Below are positions 52,425 through 64,000 of a stretch of 64,000 nt of DNA, in pieces. Location: assembly GCA_964016885.1 (NCBI GenBank), contig OZ024742.1:1-64000 (forward strand), read 5' to 3'. The position numbers were made by a program, and so were the translations under genes. A model generated the notes under the pieces. It was not told where the DNA came from. It made no database searches and saw only the letters and a program-made list of their open reading frames with translations. This stretch comes from Eledone cirrhosa (Eukaryota). Position 1 is the first letter of the stretch; each line of letters begins with the position of its first letter.

Positions 52425-55400
52425 GAGAGGTTCCCATGTGCAGCCTTAAACTCCTGTAAAGAGAGGTTCCTATGGGCAGTCAGCCTTAAACTCCTGTAAA
52501 GAGAGGTTCCCATGGGCAGTCAGCCTTAAACTCCTGTAAAGAGAGGTCCCTATGGGCAGCCAGCCTTAAACTCCTGTAAAGAGAGGTTCCTATGGGCAGT
52601 CAGCCTTAAACACGTGTAAAGAGAGGTTTAATAATAATGAAATTATTGTGTAAAGTGCTCAGGTGCACTACAACTCGTCAATATAGTACATAGAATAATA
52701 CACAAATGCCAGGGAAGTACATGTTTGTATGTGTTAGCTGTAGTGTTGGCGGATCTCGGGAAGCATGGAGGCCTTAAAGGATGCAGTGTCTCGACAGCTA
52801 ACAACTGATGCAGGTAGTTTGTTCCATGCTTCAGCAACTCTGAGCGTGAAAAAATGTTTCCGAAAGTCATGGGAACTGTGCTGTTTTCTTACTTTGTGGG
52901 CATGTCCACGTGTGTTAGACACATGGAAATCGAAAAGGCACTCAGGGTTGTTGTTGGCAACATGGTTAACAATTTTGTGGGTGTTTACCAAGTCAGTTGC
53001 CAGGCGTCGGAGCTTCAATGAATCCATGCCCAGGGAAGCAAGGCGCTCAGAGTATGGTAGATGCCTGATGGAGGGTATTCGCTTGGTTGCACGTCTCTGA
53101 ACAGTTTCCAGGCGGTCAATGTCCTGAGCAAGATAGGGGTTCCAGACTGGTGATGCAAATTCTAAGTGTGGTCGCACCATAGCTGTATACAGCCTTAAAT
53201 AGATATCTGGAGAGCGGCTGACAAAGGTCTTGCTGAGTGATGCTAAGACACCCTCGGCCCTCTTGACAATTTTAGAGACGTGCCTCGTCCAACGCAAATC
53301 GCTGCTGACCGTAATGCCCAGGTCACGTTCACAGGAAGACTTCTTGATATTAGTGCTGTGGAGGGAGTATGTGGACGCTGGGTTTTTACACCCAAAATGC
53401 ATGGTGGTGCACTTGTCCACAGCTAGCTTGAGTTGCCAGTCTGAGATCCACTGTTGCATTGTGTCCAGGTCAGACTGCAAGCAAGATCTATAGTGTTCAG
53501 GATCTGTCCTTTTTATCTCAAGGTACAGCTTGATGTCGTCTGCGTACTTTAGTACTGTGGCATTCCTTAAGTTGGCATCTATGTCATTTCTAAGGGCAGT
53601 CAGCCTTAAACTCCTGTAAGGAGAGGTTCCTATGGGCAGTCAGCCTTAAACTCCTGTAAGGAGAGGTTCCTATGGGCAGTCAGCCTTAAACTCCTGTAAA
53701 GAGAGGTTCCTATGAGCAGCCGGCCTTAAAATCCTATAAAGAGAGGTTCCTATGGGCAGTCAGCCTTAAACTCCTGTAAAGAGAGGTTCCCATGGGCAGT
53801 CAGCCTTAAACTCCTGTAAAGAGAGGTTCCTATGGGCAGTCAGCCTTAAACTCCTGTAAAGAGAGGTTCCCATGGGCAGTCAGCCTTAAACTCCTGTAAA
53901 GAGAGGTTCCTATGGGCAGTCAGCCTTAAACTCCTGTAAAGAGAGGTTCCCATGGGCAGTCAGCCTTAAACTCCTGTAAAGAGAGGTTCCTATGGACAGT
54001 CAGCCTTAAACTCCTGTAAAGAGAGGTTCCCATGGGCAGTCAGCCTTAAACTCCTGTAAAGAGAGGTTCCCATGGGCAGTCAGCCTGAAACTCCTGTAAA
54101 GAGAGGTTCCTATGGGCAGTCAGCCTTAAACTCCTGTAAAGAGAGGTTCCTATGGGCAGTCAGCCTTAAACTCCTGTAAAGAGAGGTTCCCATGGGCAGC
54201 CGGGCTTAAACCCCTGTAAAGAGAGGTTCCTATGGGCAGCCGGGCTTAAACCCCTGTAAAGAGAGGTTCCCATGGTCAGTCAGCCTTAAACTTCTACAAA
54301 GAGAGGTTCCTATGAGCAATCAGCCTGAAACTCCTGTAAAGAGAGGTTTACAAGGGCAGTCAGCCTTAAACTACTGTAAAGAGAGGTCCCTATGGGCCGT
54401 CAGCCTTAAACTCCTGTAAAGAGAGGTTCCTATGGGCAGTCAGCCTTAAACTCCTGTAAAGAGAGGTTCCTATGGGCAGTCAGCCTTAAACTCCTGTAAA
54501 GAGAGGTTCCCATGAGCAGCCGGGCTTAAACTCCTGTAAAGAGAGGTTCCCATGAGCAACCGGGCTTAAACTCCTGTAAAGAGAGGTTCCCATGGGCAGC
54601 CAGCCTTAAACTCCTGTAAAGAGAGGTTCCCATGAGCAGCCGGGCTTAAACTCCTGTAAAGAGAGGTTCCCATGGGCAGTCAGCCTGAAACTCCTGTAAA
54701 GAGAGATTCCCATGGGTAATCAGCCTTAAACTCCTGTAAAGAGAGGTTCCTATGGGCAGTCCGCCTTAAACTACTGTAAAGAGAGGTCCCTATGGGCAGC
54801 CAGCCTTAAACTCCTGTAAAGAGAGGTTCCTATGGGCAGTGAGCCTTAAACTCCTGTAAAGAGAGGTTCCTATGGGCAGTCAGCCTTAAACTCCTGTAAA
54901 GAGAGGTTCCTATGGGCAGTCAGCCTTAAACTCCTGTAAAAAGATGTTTACAAGGCCAGTCAGCCTTAAACTCCTGTAAAGAGAGGTTCCCATGGGCAGT
55001 CAGCCTTAAACTCCTGTAAAGAAAGGTTCCCATGGGAAGTCAGCCTTAAACTCCTGTAAAGAGAGGTTCCTATGGGCAGTCAGCCTTAAACTCCTGTAAA
55101 GAGAGGTTCCTATGGGCAGTCAGCCTTAAACTCCTGTAAAAAGATGTTTACAAGGCCAGTCAGCCTTAAACTCCTGTAAAGAAAGGTTCCCATGGGCAGT
55201 CAGCCTTAAACTCCTGTAAAGAAAGGTTCCCATGGGCAGTCAGCCTTAAACTCCTGTAAAGAGAGGTTCCCATGGGCAGTCAGCCTTAAACTCCTGTAAA
55301 GAGAGGTTCCCATGGGCAGTCAGCCTGAAACTCCTGTAAAGAGAGGTTCCCATGGGCAATCAGCCTTAAACTCCTGTAAAGAGAGGTTCCTATGGGCAGT

Positions 55401-58400
55401 CAGCCTTAAACTCCTGTAAAGAGAGGTTCACATGGGCAGTCAGCCTTAAACTCCTGTAAAGAGAGGTTCCTATGGGCAGTCAGCCTTAAACTCCTGTAAA
55501 GAGAGGTTCCCATGGGCAGTCAGCCTTAAACTCCTGTAAAGAGAGGTTCCTATGGGCAGTCAGCCTTAAACTCCTGTAAAGAGAGGTTCCTATGGGCAGT
55601 CAGCCTTAAACATCTGTAAAGAGAGGTTCTAATGGGCAGTCAGCCTTAAACTCCTAAAAAGAGAAGTTCCTATGGGCAGCCAGACTTAAACTACTGTAAA
55701 GAGAGAGATCCCTATGGGCAGTCAGCCTTAAACTCCTGTAAAGAGAGGTTCCTATGGGCAGTCAGCCTTAAACTCCTGTAAATAGAGATTCCTATGGGCA
55801 GCCAGCCTTAAACTCCTGTAAAGAGAGGTTCCTATGGGCAGTCAGCCTTAAACTCCTGTAAAGAGAGGTTCCCATGGGCAGTCAGCCTTAAACACCTGTA
55901 AAGAGAGGTTCCCATGGGCAGTCAGCCTTAAACACCTGTAAAGAGAGGTTTCCATGGGCAGTCAGTCTTAAACTCCTGTAAAGAGAGGTTCCTATGGGCA
56001 GTCAGCCTTAAACACCTGTAAAGAGAGGTTTCCATGGGCAGTCAGCCTTAAACTCCTGTAAAGAGAGGTTCCCATGGGCAGCCAGCCTTAAACTCTTGTA
56101 AAGAGAGGTTCCCATGGGCAGCCAGCCTTAAACTCCTGTAAAGAGAGGTTCACAAGGGCAGTGAGCCTAAACTCCTGTAAAGAGAGGTTTCCATGGGCAG
56201 TCAGCCTTAAACACCTATAAAGAGTGGTTTCCATGGGCAGTCAGTCTTAAACTCCTGTAAAGAGAGGTTTCTATGGGCAGTCAGCCTTAAACTCCTGTAA
56301 AGAGAGGTTTCCATGGGCAGTCAGCCTTAAACTCCTGTAAAGAGAGGTTCCCATGGGCAGTCAGCCTTAAACTCCTGTAAAGAGAGGTTCCCATGGGCAG
56401 TCAGCCTTAAACTCCTGTAAAGAGAGGTTCCTATGAGCAGTCAGCCTTAAACTCCTGTAAAGAGAGGTTCCCATGGGTAGTCAGCCTTAAACTCCTGTAA
56501 AGAGAGGTTCCCATGGGCAGTCAGCCTTAAAATCCTATAAAGAGAGGTTCCTATGGGCAGTCAGCCTTAAACTCCTGTAAAGAGAGGTTCCTATGGGCAG
56601 TCAGCCTTAAACTCCTATAAAGAGAGGTTCCCATGGGCAGTCAGCCACAAACTCCTGTAAAGAGAGGTCCCTATGGGCAATCAGCCTTAAACTCCTGTAA
56701 AGAGAGGTTCCCATGAGCAGCCGGGCTTAAACTCCTGTAAAGAGAGGTTCCCATGAGCAGCCGGTCTTAAACTCCTGTAAAGAGAGGTTCCCATGAGCAG
56801 CCAGCCTTAAACTCCTGTAAAGAGAGGTTCCTATGGGCAGTCAGCCTTAAACTTCTACAAAGAGAGGTTCCTATGGGTAGTCAGCCTTAAACTCCTGTAA
56901 AGAGAGGTTCCCATGGGCAATCAGCCTTAAACTTCTACAAAGAGAGGTTCCTATGGGTAGTCAGCCTTAAACTCCTGTAAAGAGAGGTTCCCATGGGCAG
57001 TCAGCCTTAAAATCCTATAAAGAGAGGTTCCCATGGGTAGTCAGCCTTAAACTCCTGTAAAGAGAGGTTCCCATGGGCAATCAGCCTTAAACTCCTGTAA
57101 AGAGAGGTTCGCATGGGCAGTCAGCCTTAAACTCCTGTAAAGAGAGGTTCCCATGGGCAGCCGGGCTTAAACCCCTGTAAAGAGAGGTTCCTATGGGCAG
57201 TCAGCCTTAAACTTCTACAAAGAGAGGTTCCTATGGGTAGTCAGCCTTAAACTCCTGTAAAGAGAGGTTCCCATGGGCAATCAGCCTTAAACTTCTACAA
57301 AGAGAGGTTCCTATGGGTAGTCAGCCTTAAACTCCTGTAAAGAGAGGTTCCCATGGGCAGTCAGCCTTAAAATCCTATAAAGAGAGGTTCCCATGGGTAG
57401 TCAGCCTTAAACTCCTGTAAAGAGAGGTTCCCATGGGCAATCAGCCTTAAACTCCTGTAAAGAGAGGTTCCCATGGGCAGTCAGCCTTAAACTCCTGTAA
57501 AGAGAGGTTCCCATGTGTAGTCAGCCTTAAACTCCTGTAAAGAGAGGTTCCCATGGACAGTCAGCCTTAAAATCCTATAAAGAGAGGTTCCCATGGGTAG
57601 TCAGCCTTAAACTCCTGTAAAGAGAGGTTCCCATGGGCAATCAGCCTTAAACTCCTGTAAAGAGAGGTTCCCATGGGCAGTCAGCCTTAAACTCCTGTAA
57701 AGAGAGGTTCCTATGGGCAGCCGGACTTAAACCCCTGTAAAGAGAGGTTCCCATGGGCAGTCAGCCTTAAACTCCTGTAAAGAGAGGTTCCCATGGGCAG
57801 CCAGCCTTAAACTCTTGTAAAGAGAGGTTCCCATGATCAGCCGGGCTTAAACTTCTGTAAAGAGAGGTTTCCATGAGCAGCCGGGCTTAAACTCCTGTAA
57901 AGAGAGGTTCCCATGGGCAGTCAGCCTTAAACTCCTGTAAAGAGAGGTTCCCATGGGCAGCCAGCCTTAAACTCTTGTAAAGAGAGGTTCCCATGAGCAG
58001 TCAGCCTGAAACTCCTGTAAAGAGAGATTCCCATGGGTAATCAGCCTTAAACTCCTGTAAAGAGAGGTCCCTATGGGCAGTCAGCCTGAAACTCCTGTAA
58101 AGAGAGGTTCCTATGGGCAGTCAGCCTGAAACTCCTGTAAAGAGAGGTTCCTATGGGCAGTCAGCCTGAAACTCCTGTAAAGAGAGGTTCCTATGGGCAG
58201 TCAGCCTTAAACTACTGTAAAGAGAGGTTCCTATGGGCAGCCGGGCTTAAACCCCTGTAAAGAGAGGTTCCTATGGGCAGTTACCCTTAAACTCCTGTAA
58301 GGAGAGGTTCCTATGGGCAGTCAGCCTTAAACTCCTGTAAAGAGAGGTTCCTATGTGCAGTCAGCCTTAAACTCCTGTAAAGAGAGGTTCCCATGAGCAG

Positions 58401-60610
58401 CCGGTCTTAAACTCCTGTAAAGAGAGGTTCCCATGAGCAGCCAGCCTTAAACTCCTGTAAAGAGAGGTTCCCATGGGCAGCCGGGCTTAAACCCCTGTAA
58501 AGAGAGGTTCCTATGGGCAGTCAGCCTTAAACTTCTACAAAGAGAGGTTCCTATGGGTAGTCAGCCTTAAACTCCTGTAAAGAGAGGTTCCCATGGGCAA
58601 TCAGCCTTAAACTTCTACAAAGAGAGGTTCCTATGGGTAGTCAGCCTTAAACTCCTGTAAAGAGAGGTTCCCATGGGCAGTCAGCCTTAAAATCCTATAA
58701 AGAGAGGTTCCCATGGGTAGTCAGCCTTAAACTCCTGTAAAGAGAGGTTCCCATGGGCAATCAGCCTTAAACTCCTGTAAAGAGAGGTTCCCATGGGCAG
58801 TCAGCCTTAAACTCCTGTAAAGAGAGGTTCCCATGGGCAGCCGGGCTTAAACCCCTGTAAAGAGAGGTTCCTATGGGCAGTCAGCCTTAAACTTCTACAA
58901 AGAGAGGTTCCTATGGGTAGTCAGCCTTAAACTCCTGTAAAGAGAGGTTCCCATGGGCAATCAGCCTTAAACTTCTACAAAGAGAGGTTCCTATGGGTAG
59001 TCAGCCTTAAACTCCTGTAAAGAGAGGTTCCCATGGGCAGTCAGCCTTAAAATCCTATAAAGAGAGGTTCCCATGGGTAGTCAGCCTTAAACTCCTGTAA
59101 AGAGAGGTTCCCATGGGCAATCAGCCTTAAACTCCTGTAAAGAGAGGTTCCCATGGGCAGTCAGCCTTAAACTCCTGTAAAGAGAGGTTCCCATGTGTAG
59201 TCAGCCTTAAACTCCTGTAAAGAGAGGTTCCCATGGGCAGTCAGCCTTAAAATCCTATAAAGAGAGGTTCCCATGGGTAGTCAGCCTTAAACTCCTGTAA
59301 AGAGAGGTTCCCATGGGCAATCAGCCTTAAACTCCTGTAAAGAGAGGTTCCCATGGGCAGTCAGCCTTAAACTCCTGTAAAGAGAGGTTCCTATGGGCAG
59401 CCGGACTTAAACCCCTGTAAAGAGAGGTTCCCATGGGCAGTCAGCCTTAAACTCCTGTAAAGAGAGGTTCCCATGGGCAGCCAGCCTTAAACTCTTGTAA
59501 AGAGAGGTTCCCATGAGCAGCCGGGCTTAAACTCCCGTAAAGAGAGGTTTCCATGAGCAGCCGGGCTTAAACTCCTGTAAAGAGAGGTTCCCATGGGCAG
59601 TCAGCCTTAAACTCCTGTAAAGAGAGGTTCCCATGGGCAGCCAGCCTTAAACTCTTGTAAAGAGAGGTTCCCATGAGCAGTCAGCCTGAAACTCCTGTAA
59701 AGAGAGATTCCCATGGGTAATCAGCCTTAAACTCCTGTAAAGAGAGGTCCCTATGGGCAGTCAGCCTGAAACTCCTGTAAAGAGAGGTTCCTATGGGCAG
59801 TCAGCCTGAAACTCCTGTAAAGAGAGGTTCCTATGGGCAGTCAGCCTGAAACTCCTGTAAAGAGAGGTTCCTATGGGCAGTCAGCCTTAAACTACTGTAA
59901 AGAGAGGTTCCTATGGGCAGCCGGGCTTAAACCCCTGTAAAGAGAGGTTCCTATGGGCAGTTACCCTTAAACTCCTGTAAGGAGAGGTTCCTATGGGCAG
60001 TCAGCCTTAAACTCCTGTAAAGAGAGGTTCCTATGTGCAGTCAGCCTTAAACTCCTAAAAAGAGAAGTTCCTATGGGCAGCCGGGCTTAAACCCCTGTAA
60101 AGAGAGGTTCCTATGGGCAGTCAGCCTTAAACTCCTGTAAAGAGAGGTTCCTATGGGCAGCCGGGCTTAAACCCCTGTAAAGAGAGGTTCCTATGGGCAG
60201 TCAGCCTTAAACTCCTGTAAGGAGAGGTTCCTATGGGCAGTCAGCCTTAAACTCCTAAAAAGAGAAGTTCCTATGGGCAGCCGGGCTTAAACCCCTGTAA
60301 AGAGAGGTTCCTATGGGCAGTCAGCCTTAAACTCCTGTAAAGAGAGGTTCCTATGGGCAGCCGGGCTTAAACCCCTGTAAAGAGAGGTTCCTATGGGCAG
60401 TCAGCCTTAAACTCCTGTAAAGAGAGGTTCCTATGGGCAGTCAGCCTTAAACTCCTAAAAAGAGAAGTTCCTATGGGCAGTCAGCCTTAAACTCCTGTAA
60501 AGAGAGGTTCCTATGGGCAGCCGGGCTTAAACCCCTGTAAAGAGAGGTTCCTATGGGCAGTCAGCCTTAAACTCCTGTAAAGAGAGGTTCCTATGGGCAG
60601 CCGGCCTTAA
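52425..60610. repeat. 40-bp minisatellite GAGAGGTTCC(C/T)ATGGGCAGTCAGCCTTAAACTCCTGTAAA, ~180 copies, interrupted by CR1
   Basis: Direct reading. Higher-order periods of 360 and 1680 bp. Confidence 0.97.
52630..53589 (-). mobile_element. 5'-truncated CR1-group LINE inserted in the 40-bp array
   Basis: Open frame NDIDANL...KYADDIKLY...W..DWQL...KC..MHFG...ERDLG...VRPHLEFASPVWNP...LETVQRRATK...TRGH...WNKLP, with an (ATT)n-type tail. Confidence 0.92.
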
Positions 60611-61100
60611 ACATCTCCGCTGTACATGGTTGCACTGCTCCCACAAGACATTCTTCTTTACCTAATCTCCTTAAGGACCACCAGACAATAGAGGACGGTA
60701 TTTCGCGAAAAGCCTTTTCCAGATAAACGAAAGCTATGTATAATGACTTATTTTTGTCTCGGAACTTCTCTTGCATTGGTCTCACTCGAAGACATCTACA
60801 GTACTATTCCTGGATATAAAACCAAACGATTAGCCACATGCACGTATTTTTCACGAACAGGTGGTTCGTTTGATCTAACAACTGGTGCACTCATCGAATG
60901 ATGAGACGGAGATCCAAACAATTTTCCCTAGAAAAGGGAGTAAGGTGTAACGGAATGTTTTTACTTTGATTTTTGATTTTTGATTTTGTTTAATCAATAT
61001 TATAATTTTACCTTTATTTATACAATATTATAATTTTACCTTTATTTATACAATATTATAATTTTACCTTTGATTAATCAATATTATATTTTTACGTTTG

Positions 61101-61292
61101 GGCGGTGGATTGGCAGTATCGGTAGAGGGTCGGGCGCAAATCTTTGAAGAATAGAGTTGCCTCCCTTTATGATCTGAGTTCAAATCCCGCCGAGGTTAAC
61201 TTTGCCTTTCATCCTTACGGGGTTGATAAAATAAAGTACCAGTAATGCACTGGGATAATTGCTGGCCTGGTGCCAAAAGTAGAAACAATTAT
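61101..61292 (+). mobile_element. tRNA-derived SINE
   Basis: A/B boxes and body match the other copies. Confidence 0.9.
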
Positions 61293-61345
61293 AAATTTAA
61301 CTTTATTTAATCAATATTATAATTTTACCTCTGATTAACCAACAT

Positions 61346-61531
61346 TGGTGAATTGGCAGTATCGGTAGAGGCTCGGACATGCTTTCCAGCATAGTTACGT
61401 CCCTTTACGATCTGAGTTCAAATCCCACCGAGGTTGACTTTGCCTTTCATCCTTATGGGGTCGATAAAATAAAGTACCAGTAATGTACTGGGATAATTGC
61501 TGGCCTTGTGCCAAAAGTAGAAACAATTATA
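61346..61531 (+). mobile_element. tRNA-derived SINE
   Basis: A/B boxes and body match the other copies. Confidence 0.9.
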
Positions 61532-62224
61532 AATTTAACTTTATTTGATCAATATTATAATTTTACATTTATTCATACAGTTTAATAATTTTACCTTTAT
61601 TAAATCGTATGAATAAAGGTAAAATTATTAAACTGTATGAATAAAGGTAAAATTATAATTTTACATTTATACATACAATATAATTATTTAACTTTATTTA
61701 ATCAATTTAATAATGTTACCTTTCATCAATCAATATTATAATTTTACCTTTCATCAATCAATATTATAATTCTAACTTTATTTAACCAATATTATAATTT
61801 TACCTTTATTTAATCAATATTATAATTTTACCTTTATTTAAGCAATATTATAATTTTACCTTTATTTAAGCAATATTATAATTTTACCTTTACTTAAGCA
61901 ATGTTATAATTTTACCTTTATTTAAGCAATAATATAATTTTACCTTTATTTAAGCAATGTTATAATTTTACCTTTATTTAAGCAAAGTTATAATTTTACC
62001 TTTATTTAAGCAATGTTATAATTTTACCTTTATTTAAGCAAAGTTATAATTTTACCTTTATTTAAGCAATGTTATAATTTTACCTTTATTTAAGCAATGT
62101 TATAATTTTACCTTTATTTAAGCAATATAATAATTTTCAACCATTCCTTGTTTCAGATTTTCACATGAAGAATAAGCGTGTCCTTTGAAAGAATAAGTTT
62201 TTAGATTTTAAAATAAAAACAACA

Positions 62225-63181
62225 ATGTTCTCAAGTAAATATCAGCGTATTTTACTCTGTATAGTGGTAGTAGTTTTAACCATCATTCTGTTACAATGGC
62301 CATATCAGTACACCAAGATTATTTCAAAAGTATCGATATACCTTAAAGGGCCAAATAACCGAACAACGGTGCCACCAATCTTGACTCAATTGAATTTCAC
62401 GATAAATTTGGGTGAAATTCGTACCTCAAAGCATTATTCTGGAAAATTGTCATCGAATAAAACTGAAAAATTGATGCAACTTTACCCGGGAGCATTAAAC
62501 TCCGCAGAAAAGGAAATGTTTTTACTAACAGCATCAGTATTCACGAATGCACTTACAAATGCAAATATAACTTTTCTACTAGATAGTGGAACGGCGCTAG
62601 GTGTCAGACGACACCATGGTTTTATACCTTGGGACGACGATTTTGACGTCTTGATAAACAAAACAGGACAAACTAGATGTAAAAAGATTTTAAGTTCAAT
62701 ATCAAATTTCGGTCTTTATTCTCCACATCATTATCAATGGAAATTCTATTATAAAAATCTGAAGACACTAAAATCAAGACCATTCCGATGGCCTTATATA
62801 GATATATTTTACTTCGAGGAAAACGAATCACATATCTGGCATGAACTTACCGTACAGAGCACGTTTCATTATAAAAAATCTCATATATTCCCCCTATATT
62901 ATAGATCCTTTGAAGGAATTAAATTTCCTACTCCCTGTTCAATAGATTATTATGTAGGAGAACAGGCGTTAAAATGGTGCCAATCATCATCTTATAACCA
63001 TAGAATGGAAGTCCCCATATCCAACCGTTATCGAACCAAGGTACTCTGTAAGGAGCTGTATCCTCTGCATGAATTCGTATTTCGAATAGAACATAATTAC
63101 ACCCATTATAAAGAAGAATTAAGACGAAACAACACTCTTATAAGCAAGATTTTTGTACCTAAACAATTATGTAACCTATGA
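62225..63181 (+). CDS. LicD/fukutin-family phosphotransferase, type II membrane protein, short-stem paralog (318 aa)
   Basis: TM ILLCIVVVVLTIILL, signature SGTALGVRRHHGFIPWDDDFDV. Intact ORF and paralog of 50575-52011. Confidence 0.9.
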   Translation: MFSSKYQRILLCIVVVVLTIILLQWPYQYTKIISKVSIYLKGPNNRTTVPPILTQLNFTINLGEIRTSKHYSGKLSSNKTEKLMQLYPGALNSAEKEMFLLTASVFTNALTNANITFLLDSGTALGVRRHHGFIPWDDDFDVLINKTGQTRCKKILSSISNFGLYSPHHYQWKFYYKNLKTLKSRPFRWPYIDIFYFEENESHIWHELTVQSTFHYKKSHIFPLYYRSFEGIKFPTPCSIDYYVGEQALKWCQSSSYNHRMEVPISNRYRTKVLCKELYPLHEFVFRIEHNYTHYKEELRRNNTLISKIFVPKQLCNL

Positions 63182-63210
63182 ATAAAATATTAAAAAGAAT
63201 ATGTTAGTGT

Positions 63211-63391
63211 TGGATTGGCAGTATCGGTAGAGGGTCGGACACCATGCTTTCCAGCATAGTTACGTCCCTTTACAATCTGAGTTCAAATCCCACCGAGGTT
63301 GACTTTGCCTTTCATCCTTACGGGGTCGATAAAATAAAGTACCAGTAATGTACTGGGTAATTGCTGGCCTTGTGTCTAAAGTAGAAACAGT
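63211..63391 (+). mobile_element. tRNA-derived SINE in the 3' flank of LicD copy 2
   Basis: Copy 1 shows the empty site (GTTAGTGT|TATTGATACAAG at ~52040). Confidence 0.92.
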
Positions 63392-63620
63392 TATTAATAC
63401 AAGAATTATATACAGATCGTGGCTGGTACGTACACACATACATATATATAATTAGTTGTAATAGTGACATGTACAGGTACTTACGTTTCGTTGGCTTGTT
63501 CATTCAGCCTGTCATAAAAAGAAAAATATATAGCTCGGAGAAGTAGAAAATACTCTGACAACTGGTTTCAGAGAAATACTGCTTAAATATGCACCTTGAC
63601 TGCTGACTATTTTAGGTTCA

Positions 63621-63654
<34 letters not shown>

Positions 63655-63655
63655 G

Positions 63656-64000
63656 GGGTAACAAGTTATCGTTATAGGTAATACAGTTAGAGGTTGTGAG
63701 TACTCTGTGTCGTGGATAATATGATCTTACCACGGGTTACATGTTATAGAAGACAAATATATTGAAATGAGGGCCGGTGTGGCAAAGCAAAGCTGGTTAT
63801 CCCTATGTTGGGTCAGGGTTAGTGGCTGGCCCTCGGCCGAATGTTTGTGCAGAGAAGGTGGTCATTCTGGTATGTCTGCAATTTATAATTATGTCAGATC
63901 TTGAGTTTATGGCTGATTTCAATTTAATGATCTCAGCCGCCTAGGCCAGGTATAACCTGAAGTGGTTTCTGTCGTTGTGGAGTTGGGCCACGCGTCTTTT
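63656..64000 (-). mobile_element. Possible PLE 3' end (GIY-YIG C-terminus) abutting (TA)n
   Basis: Minus strand RLYLA*AAEIIKLKSAINSR resembles R...EA..I....P.IN. Truncated by the window edge. Confidence 0.35.

Larger units (their letters stand above)
52340..60830 (-). mobile_element. RTE LINE RT fragment split by the 40-bp array
   Basis: Right flank MQEKFRDKNKSLYIAFVYLEKAFREIPSSIVWWSLRRLG (60591-60785). Left flank LYVYDLLLIVES, a decayed LYADDL (~52390-52427). Confidence 0.8.
60990..62135. repeat. 28-bp AT-rich minisatellite TTATAATTTTACCTTTATTTAAGCAAT(G/A), with two SINEs and an internal inversion
   Basis: Direct reading. Homologous to 49930-50180. Confidence 0.9.

Noticed and set aside
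41915-60610. 25-, 28- and 40-bp arrays as CRISPR arrays
   Set aside because: Units are directly adjacent with no unique spacers, there are no cas genes, and the context is eukaryotic.
50575-63181. Bacterial contamination or recent horizontal transfer of licD
   Set aside because: The genes have type II TM architecture, a putative splice acceptor, AATAAA and host SINE flanks, and LicD-family genes occur in animals. An intronless CDS alone is insufficient; a phylogeny would be needed.

Overview
Eukaryotic, repeat-dense DNA, most likely an octopod cephalopod (inferred from recalled SINE/RTE sequence types and abundant (TA)n/(CA)n/(ATT)n, not from a search). Layout: 1-18.8 kb is a 19/22-bp satellite. 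18.8-26 kb is a (TA)n-anchored cluster of Penelope-like element (PLE) fragments, non-coding direct-repeat units carrying type I hammerhead ribozyme (HHR) motifs, and foldback palindromes. 26.2-40 kb holds three head-to-tail, decayed Tx1/L1-clade LINEs, each bounded by (GATA)n. 41.9-47.6 kb has 25-bp and 28-bp minisatellites around a hAT remnant. 47.6-63.4 kb is a tandem duplication with two intact single-exon LicD/fukutin-family genes, separated by an ~8 kb 40-bp minisatellite grown from an RTE reverse-transcriptase segment. Best leads: (i) retrozyme-like units with 591- and 700-nt periods, one with a compensatory U3-A8 HHR core; (ii) a (GATA)n-targeting Tx1-like LINE array; (iii) LicD paralogs nearly identical across the catalytic domain except for a divergent active-site patch, and differing by a mucin-like stem; (iv) a minisatellite whose near-ancestral two-unit state is visible nearby. 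All coordinates were read by eye and may be off by a few bases.
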